64,000 nt of DNA from Pseudomonas aeruginosa PAO1 (GTDB lineage: Bacteria > Pseudomonadota > Gammaproteobacteria > Pseudomonadales > Pseudomonadaceae). The position numbers were made by a program, and so were the translations under genes. Positions 59,328 to 64,000 of the stretch are shown here, one piece after another (the first letter of the stretch is position 1; each line of letters begins with the position of its first letter). The notes beneath the pieces were generated by a model. The model had not been told where the DNA came from. It did no database searches and saw only the letters and a list, made by a program, of their open reading frames with translations. The stretch lies in assembly GCF_000006765.1 (NCBI RefSeq), contig NC_002516.2; one strand, given 5' to 3'.

Positions 59328-59576
59328 ATGCACGATCCGTTCGAAGAGTCCCTGCGGGACCTGCTCAAGGCTTCGGCTCCCCAGCCGGACGACGACGCGC
59401 GTCTGGGACGGGTGCTGAAGACCGCCAATCGCCAGGTCGGCGCCGGTGACCTGTTCAGCCTCATGGGGCACTGGCTGCAGGCGCTGATGATCGGCATCAA
59501 CAACGGTTCGCCGCATCTGGCGCCGGTTTCCCGTATTTCCGCGAAAAACGCATCTTCTGCTGACAAGGCTGAGTGA
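59328..59576 (+). CDS. crfX: CrfX small protein, 82 aa
   Basis: SD GAGGTG; MHDPFEESLRDLL; synteny. Confidence 0.85.
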   Translation: MHDPFEESLRDLLKASAPQPDDDARLGRVLKTANRQVGAGDLFSLMGHWLQALMIGINNGSPHLAPVSRISAKNASSADKAE

Positions 59577-59578
59577 AC

Positions 59579-60403
59579 ATGCAATTCGATATCTGGACCC
59601 AGAGCTTGCTGACCGCGATGAACACCCTGTGGGGCAAGCTGGCAGGCTTCATCCCCAACCTGCTCGGCGCCCTGGTGGTCGTTCTGCTCGGCTTCGTCAT
59701 CGCCAAGCTGCTCGATGCGCTGCTTTCCAAGCTGCTGGCCAAGCTGGGCCTGGACCGGCTGATGGGTGGCACCGGCCTGACCAAGCTGCTGGCCCGGGTC
59801 GGCATCCAGGTTCCGGTCTCGACGCTGGTCGGCAAGATCGTCTACTGGTTCGTACTGCTCGTCTTCCTCGTATCCGCCGCCGAGTCGCTCGGCCTGCAGC
59901 GGGTATCCGCCACGCTGGACGTCCTCGCCCTGTACCTGCCCAAGGTGTTCGGCGCGGCCCTGGTGCTGATCGTCGGCGTGCTCCTGGCGCAACTGGTGAA
60001 CAGCGTCGTGCGCGGCGCGGCGGACGGCGTCGGACTCGAATACGCGAACGGCCTGGGGCGGATCGCCCAGTGGCTGGTCATCATCATCAGCATCTCGGTG
60101 GCGGTGGGGCAGCTCGAGGTCAAGACCGACCTGCTCAACTACATCATCGCCATCGTCCTGATCACCGTCGGCCTGGCCGCTGCGCTGGCCCTGGGCCTGG
60201 GCAGCCGCGAGGTCGCCGGGCAGATCATTGCAGGAATCTACGTCCGCGAGCTGTATCAGGTCGGACAACAGGTGAAAGTGGGTGACGTTGAAGGCACTAT
60301 TGAAGAGATAGGTACGGTCAAGACCATCCTGCTGACGGAAGAGGGAGAGCTTGTGTCGCTGGCCAACCGTCTACTGCTCGATCAGCGAGTTACCAGCCGC
60401 TGA
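59579..60403 (+). CDS. cmpX: CmpX, MscS-like mechanosensitive-channel family protein, 274 aa
   Basis: TM helix repeats (FIPNLLGAL, YLPKVFGA) and an MscS beta-domain. Confidence 0.9.
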   Translation: MQFDIWTQSLLTAMNTLWGKLAGFIPNLLGALVVVLLGFVIAKLLDALLSKLLAKLGLDRLMGGTGLTKLLARVGIQVPVSTLVGKIVYWFVLLVFLVSAAESLGLQRVSATLDVLALYLPKVFGAALVLIVGVLLAQLVNSVVRGAADGVGLEYANGLGRIAQWLVIIISISVAVGQLEVKTDLLNYIIAIVLITVGLAAALALGLGSREVAGQIIAGIYVRELYQVGQQVKVGDVEGTIEEIGTVKTILLTEEGELVSLANRLLLDQRVTSR

Positions 60404-60474
60404 TCCGGGAGAGATAATGGACGTGGCTGCTCTGCAGGGCGGCCCGGCTTACGATATGACTGGCCTGATCTCAC

Positions 60475-61065
60475 TTGAATAAGCCTCACCCCCTGTCACA
60501 GCGGTATGACCCACGCCAGCTTTCCGATGAAGAGCTGGTCGAGCGTGCGCACTCGGAGCTGTTCCACGTGACGCGCGCCTATGAAGAATTGATGCGGCGT
60601 TACCAGCGCACGCTGTTCAACGTCTGTGCCCGCTACCTGGGCAACGACCGCGACGCGGACGACGTGTGCCAGGAGGTGATGCTGAAAGTTTTGTACGGGT
60701 TGAAGAACTTTGAGGGCAAGTCGAAGTTCAAAACGTGGCTATATAGCATCACGTACAACGAGTGCATCACGCAGTACCGCAAGGAGCGCCGCAAGCGCCG
60801 ATTGATGGATGCGCTCAGCCTCGACCCGCTGGAGGAGGCTTCCGAGGAGAAGTCGCCGAAGGTTGAGGAGCGGGGCGGATTGGATCGTTGGCTCGTCCAT
60901 GTCAATCCGATAGATCGGGAGATTCTGGTTCTTCGCTTCGTCGCGGAACTGGAGTTTCAGGAGATAGCGGATATCATGCACATGGGTCTGAGTGCGACGA
61001 AAATGCGCTACAAGCGGGCACTGGACCGCCTGCGCGAAAAGTTTTCAGATGCGACCGAAACATAG
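60475..61065 (+). CDS. sigX: ECF sigma factor SigX (196 aa from TTG)
   Basis: DADDVCQEVMLK, FKTWLYSI, sigma4 HTH; directly upstream of oprF. Confidence 0.95.
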   Translation: MNKPHPLSQRYDPRQLSDEELVERAHSELFHVTRAYEELMRRYQRTLFNVCARYLGNDRDADDVCQEVMLKVLYGLKNFEGKSKFKTWLYSITYNECITQYRKERRKRRLMDALSLDPLEEASEEKSPKVEERGGLDRWLVHVNPIDREILVLRFVAELEFQEIADIMHMGLSATKMRYKRALDRLREKFSDATET

Positions 61066-61103
61066 TTGGGTAAATATTGTCTCTCTATGCGGGAAGTTCT
61101 GAT

Positions 61104-61131
61104 AAACTTGCCACCCAAGTTGTGCGGCTGA
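61104..61131 (+). promoter_or_regulatory. Candidate AlgU-type promoter AAACTT-N17-GCTGA before oprF
   Basis: One mismatch in each element against GAACTT-N16/17-TCTGA. Confidence 0.45.
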
Positions 61132-61173
61132 TTGTTGGACAACTAACTGACCATCAAGATGGGGATTTAACGG

Positions 61174-62226
61174 ATGAAACTGAAGAACACCTTAGGCGTT
61201 GTCATCGGCTCGCTGGTTGCCGCTTCGGCAATGAACGCCTTTGCCCAGGGCCAGAACTCGGTAGAGATCGAAGCCTTCGGCAAGCGCTACTTCACCGACA
61301 GCGTTCGCAACATGAAGAACGCGGACCTGTACGGCGGCTCGATCGGTTACTTCCTGACCGACGACGTCGAGCTGGCGCTGTCCTACGGTGAGTACCATGA
61401 CGTTCGTGGCACCTACGAAACCGGCAACAAGAAGGTCCACGGCAACCTGACCTCCCTGGACGCCATCTACCACTTCGGTACCCCGGGCGTAGGTCTGCGT
61501 CCGTACGTGTCGGCTGGTCTGGCTCACCAGAACATCACCAACATCAACAGCGACAGCCAAGGCCGTCAGCAGATGACCATGGCCAACATCGGCGCTGGTC
61601 TGAAGTACTACTTCACCGAGAACTTCTTCGCCAAGGCCAGCCTCGACGGCCAGTACGGTCTGGAGAAGCGTGACAACGGTCACCAGGGCGAGTGGATGGC
61701 TGGCCTGGGCGTCGGCTTCAACTTCGGTGGTTCGAAAGCCGCTCCGGCTCCGGAACCGGTTGCCGACGTTTGCTCCGACTCCGACAACGACGGCGTTTGC
61801 GACAACGTCGACAAGTGCCCGGATACCCCGGCCAACGTCACCGTTGACGCCAACGGCTGCCCGGCTGTCGCCGAAGTCGTACGCGTACAGCTGGACGTGA
61901 AGTTCGACTTCGACAAGTCCAAGGTCAAAGAGAACAGCTACGCTGACATCAAGAACCTGGCTGACTTCATGAAGCAGTACCCGTCCACTTCCACCACCGT
62001 TGAAGGTCACACCGACTCCGTCGGCACCGACGCTTACAACCAGAAGCTGTCCGAGCGTCGTGCCAACGCCGTTCGTGACGTACTGGTCAACGAGTACGGT
62101 GTAGAAGGTGGTCGCGTGAACGCTGTTGGTTACGGCGAGTCCCGCCCGGTTGCCGACAACGCCACCGCTGAAGGCCGCGCTATCAACCGTCGCGTTGAAG
62201 CCGAAGTAGAAGCTGAAGCCAAGTAA
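61174..62226 (+). CDS. oprF: Major porin OprF
   Basis: MKLKNTLGVVIG, APAPEPV linker, Cys-rich DSDNDGVCD loop, OmpA domain. Confidence 0.99.
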   Translation: MKLKNTLGVVIGSLVAASAMNAFAQGQNSVEIEAFGKRYFTDSVRNMKNADLYGGSIGYFLTDDVELALSYGEYHDVRGTYETGNKKVHGNLTSLDAIYHFGTPGVGLRPYVSAGLAHQNITNINSDSQGRQQMTMANIGAGLKYYFTENFFAKASLDGQYGLEKRDNGHQGEWMAGLGVGFNFGGSKAAPAPEPVADVCSDSDNDGVCDNVDKCPDTPANVTVDANGCPAVAEVVRVQLDVKFDFDKSKVKENSYADIKNLADFMKQYPSTSTTVEGHTDSVGTDAYNQKLSERRANAVRDVLVNEYGVEGGRVNAVGYGESRPVADNATAEGRAINRRVEAEVEAEAK

Positions 62227-62244
62227 TCGGCTGAGCCTCTAAGG

Positions 62245-62270
62245 AAAAACCCGGCCCAGGCCGGGTTTTT
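62245..62270. terminator. Bidirectional terminator AAAAACCCGGC-CCAG-GCCGGGTTTTT
   Basis: Between the convergent oprF and cobA. Confidence 0.9.
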
Positions 62271-62294
62271 CTTTGCCTGGAAAAAGACCGCTCG

Positions 62295-63032
62295 TCAGGC
62301 GCTCAGGGAAATCGGTTGCGACACGATGTCGCGGGTTACTTCGCCGATCACCAGGATCGCCGGGCTTTTCAAGGCGAAACGTCCGGCGTCCCGCAGTAGC
62401 TCGCCGAGGTTGCTGCGGCATTCGCGCTGGTTGCCCAGGGTGGCGTTCTCGATCATCGCCAGCGGCGTATCCTCGGCCATACCTCCAGCCAGCAGCCCGG
62501 CCTGGATCTCTGCGAGACGGGCGACGCCCATGTAGACCACCAGCGTGGTACCGCTGCGTGCCAGGGCTTCCCAGGCCAGCGGGCTGTCGTCCTGGGTATG
62601 CGCGGTCACCAGGGTCACGCCGCGGCTGATGCCGCGGTAGGTCAGCGGTATGCCGCAGGCAGTGGCGCCAGCCAGCCCGGCGGTGATGCCGTTCACTATC
62701 TCGCTGTCTATCCCGTGCCGGGCCAGCCATTCGGCTTCTTCGCCGGCGCGGCCGAAGATGCATGGATCGCCGCCTTTCAGGCGCACCACGCTGCGTCCCT
62801 GGCGGGCATGCCGCAGCATCAGGCGCTGGATGAAGTCCTGCGGTGTGGAGCGGCAGCCGCCGCGTTTGCCGACCCGGACCAGCCGGGCGGACGGACAGTG
62901 CTCCAGTATGCTCGGGTTGACCAGATCGTCGACCATCACCACATCCGCGTCCTGCAGGGCGCGAACTGCCTTCAGGGTCAACAGTTCCGGATCGCCGGGA
63001 CCCGCACCCACCAGCCAGACCTTACCGCTCAT
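62295..63032 (-). CDS. cobA: Uroporphyrinogen-III C-methyltransferase, 245 aa
   Basis: VWLVGAGPGDPELLT, RLKGGDP. Confidence 0.93.
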   Translation of the reverse strand: MSGKVWLVGAGPGDPELLTLKAVRALQDADVVMVDDLVNPSILEHCPSARLVRVGKRGGCRSTPQDFIQRLMLRHARQGRSVVRLKGGDPCIFGRAGEEAEWLARHGIDSEIVNGITAGLAGATACGIPLTYRGISRGVTLVTAHTQDDSPLAWEALARSGTTLVVYMGVARLAEIQAGLLAGGMAEDTPLAMIENATLGNQRECRSNLGELLRDAGRFALKSPAILVIGEVTRDIVSQPISLSA

Positions 63033-63043
63033 CGTCGTTCTCC

Positions 63044-64000
63044 TCAGGCATTCGCTGCCATGGGCCGGGGGGCCGCCAGCAGTCTCTTGATTTCCGGTAC
63101 GCAGGAGCCGCAGCCGGTGCCGCAGCCGAACTCGCGCTTCAATCCGTCCAGGTCCAATCCGCGGGCGATGCCGCCGAGCACCGTTTGCTGGCTGACGTTC
63201 TGGCAACTGCACAGGGTCTTGCCGCCCGCACCCTGGCTGGGTCGTCCCGGTGCCGCGCCGAGTGGGGCGAGCAGCCAGCGGCGTAGCTCGCTATCGGCCC
63301 GGCCGGTAAGCCAGAGCTCTTTCAACCAGTCACGGGCGAGGGTTTCGCCGGCGAGCCGGACGGCGACGATGCGCCCGTCTTCGAGGCGCACGCGCTTGCC
63401 GATGGCCCGCCGTGGGTCGTCGTAGGCGAGGATCGGCCCGTCGAGCAATTCGAGTTGGCGATCTATCCGCTCCAGCAGGTCTGCGCCAGGTGCCTCATGG
63501 TGTGCGGCGCTGACCAGCAGGGCGGGGCGCTCGCGTCCGGCGAGACTGAAGCTGGCGTGGTCGAAGACTTCGCACAGCGCACGGAGGGCCTCGAAACGCG
63601 CCTGGATATCGGTTTCCACCAGCGCGAACAGGCGCCAGGGCAGTTCGACGGACTCGACCTGAACCCCGGCGTGCTTGAGTTCGGGTTGTTTCGACAGGGG
63701 GTCGAACGCCGGCAGGGTCAGGACATTGCAGCCCAGGCCCTTGAGGAAGCGATCGCCCCAGTGCATCGGCAGGAAGGCCTGGCCGGGGCGCACCGAGTCG
63801 TCTGCGCTCACCGGCAGGACCAGGGCGCCACGCCGGCTCTTCAGGCGCACGAGCTGCCCGTCCAGCAGTTGGCGGCGGCGCAGTTCCTCGGGATGCAGGT
63901 GCACCAGGGCCTCCTCTTCATGGCCGAACAGGCGTGCGCAGGTGCCGGTCCGGCTCATGCCGTGCCACTGGTCGCGCAAGCGTCCGGTATTGAGGGTCAG
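63044..64000 (-). CDS. nasC: Assimilatory nitrate reductase catalytic subunit (5' truncated)
   Basis: LTLNTGRLRDQWH molybdopterin-binding domain, PLSKQPELKH, C-terminal BFD-like CSC...CGTGCGSC. Confidence 0.92.
   Translation of the reverse strand: MTLNTGRLRDQWHGMSRTGTCARLFGHEEEALVHLHPEELRRRQLLDGQLVRLKSRRGALVLPVSADDSVRPGQAFLPMHWGDRFLKGLGCNVLTLPAFDPLSKQPELKHAGVQVESVELPWRLFALVETDIQARFEALRALCEVFDHASFSLAGRERPALLVSAAHHEAPGADLLERIDRQLELLDGPILAYDDPRRAIGKRVRLEDGRIVAVRLAGETLARDWLKELWLTGRADSELRRWLLAPLGAAPGRPSQGAGGKTLCSCQNVSQQTVLGGIARGLDLDGLKREFGCGTGCGSCVPEIKRLLAAPRPMAANA

Overview
This is Pseudomonas aeruginosa core chromosome, recognised from the proteins and gene order as syntenic with PAO1 PA1716-PA1779. 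In order it contains: (1) the 3' end of the T3SS apparatus operon (pscC partial to pscL); (2) bglX and mucR; (3) an RraB-like gene and a class I glutamine amidotransferase carrying a 1-bp frameshift; (4) a sigma54-preceded operon of CP-ATP-grasp, alpha-E, transglutaminase and Anbu genes; (5) beta-oxidation genes and small stress genes with recognisable MexT and Anr boxes; (6) aroF, cysB, cysH, thrH and pabB; (7) two tandem MalT-type STAND-LuxR regulators followed by a five-gene cluster; (8) a second ATP-grasp / 7TM / retropepsin trio; (9) ppsR-ppsA, estX, rraA and cmaX-crfX-cmpX-sigX-oprF; (10) cobA and the 3' end of the assimilatory nitrate reductase. I saw no transposase, integrase, phage gene, rRNA, tRNA or CRISPR array. 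The strongest candidate for an uncharacterised system is 44479-49641: a secreted beta-rich DUF6160-like subunit with a double-glycine-like leader, a FapD-like C39 peptidase, a FapF-like outer-membrane barrel, a FadL-like barrel and a YxTWxDxxG-repeat protein. Together these look like a second Fap/Fil-type fibre secretion system. All family assignments come from motif recognition and recall, not from database searches.
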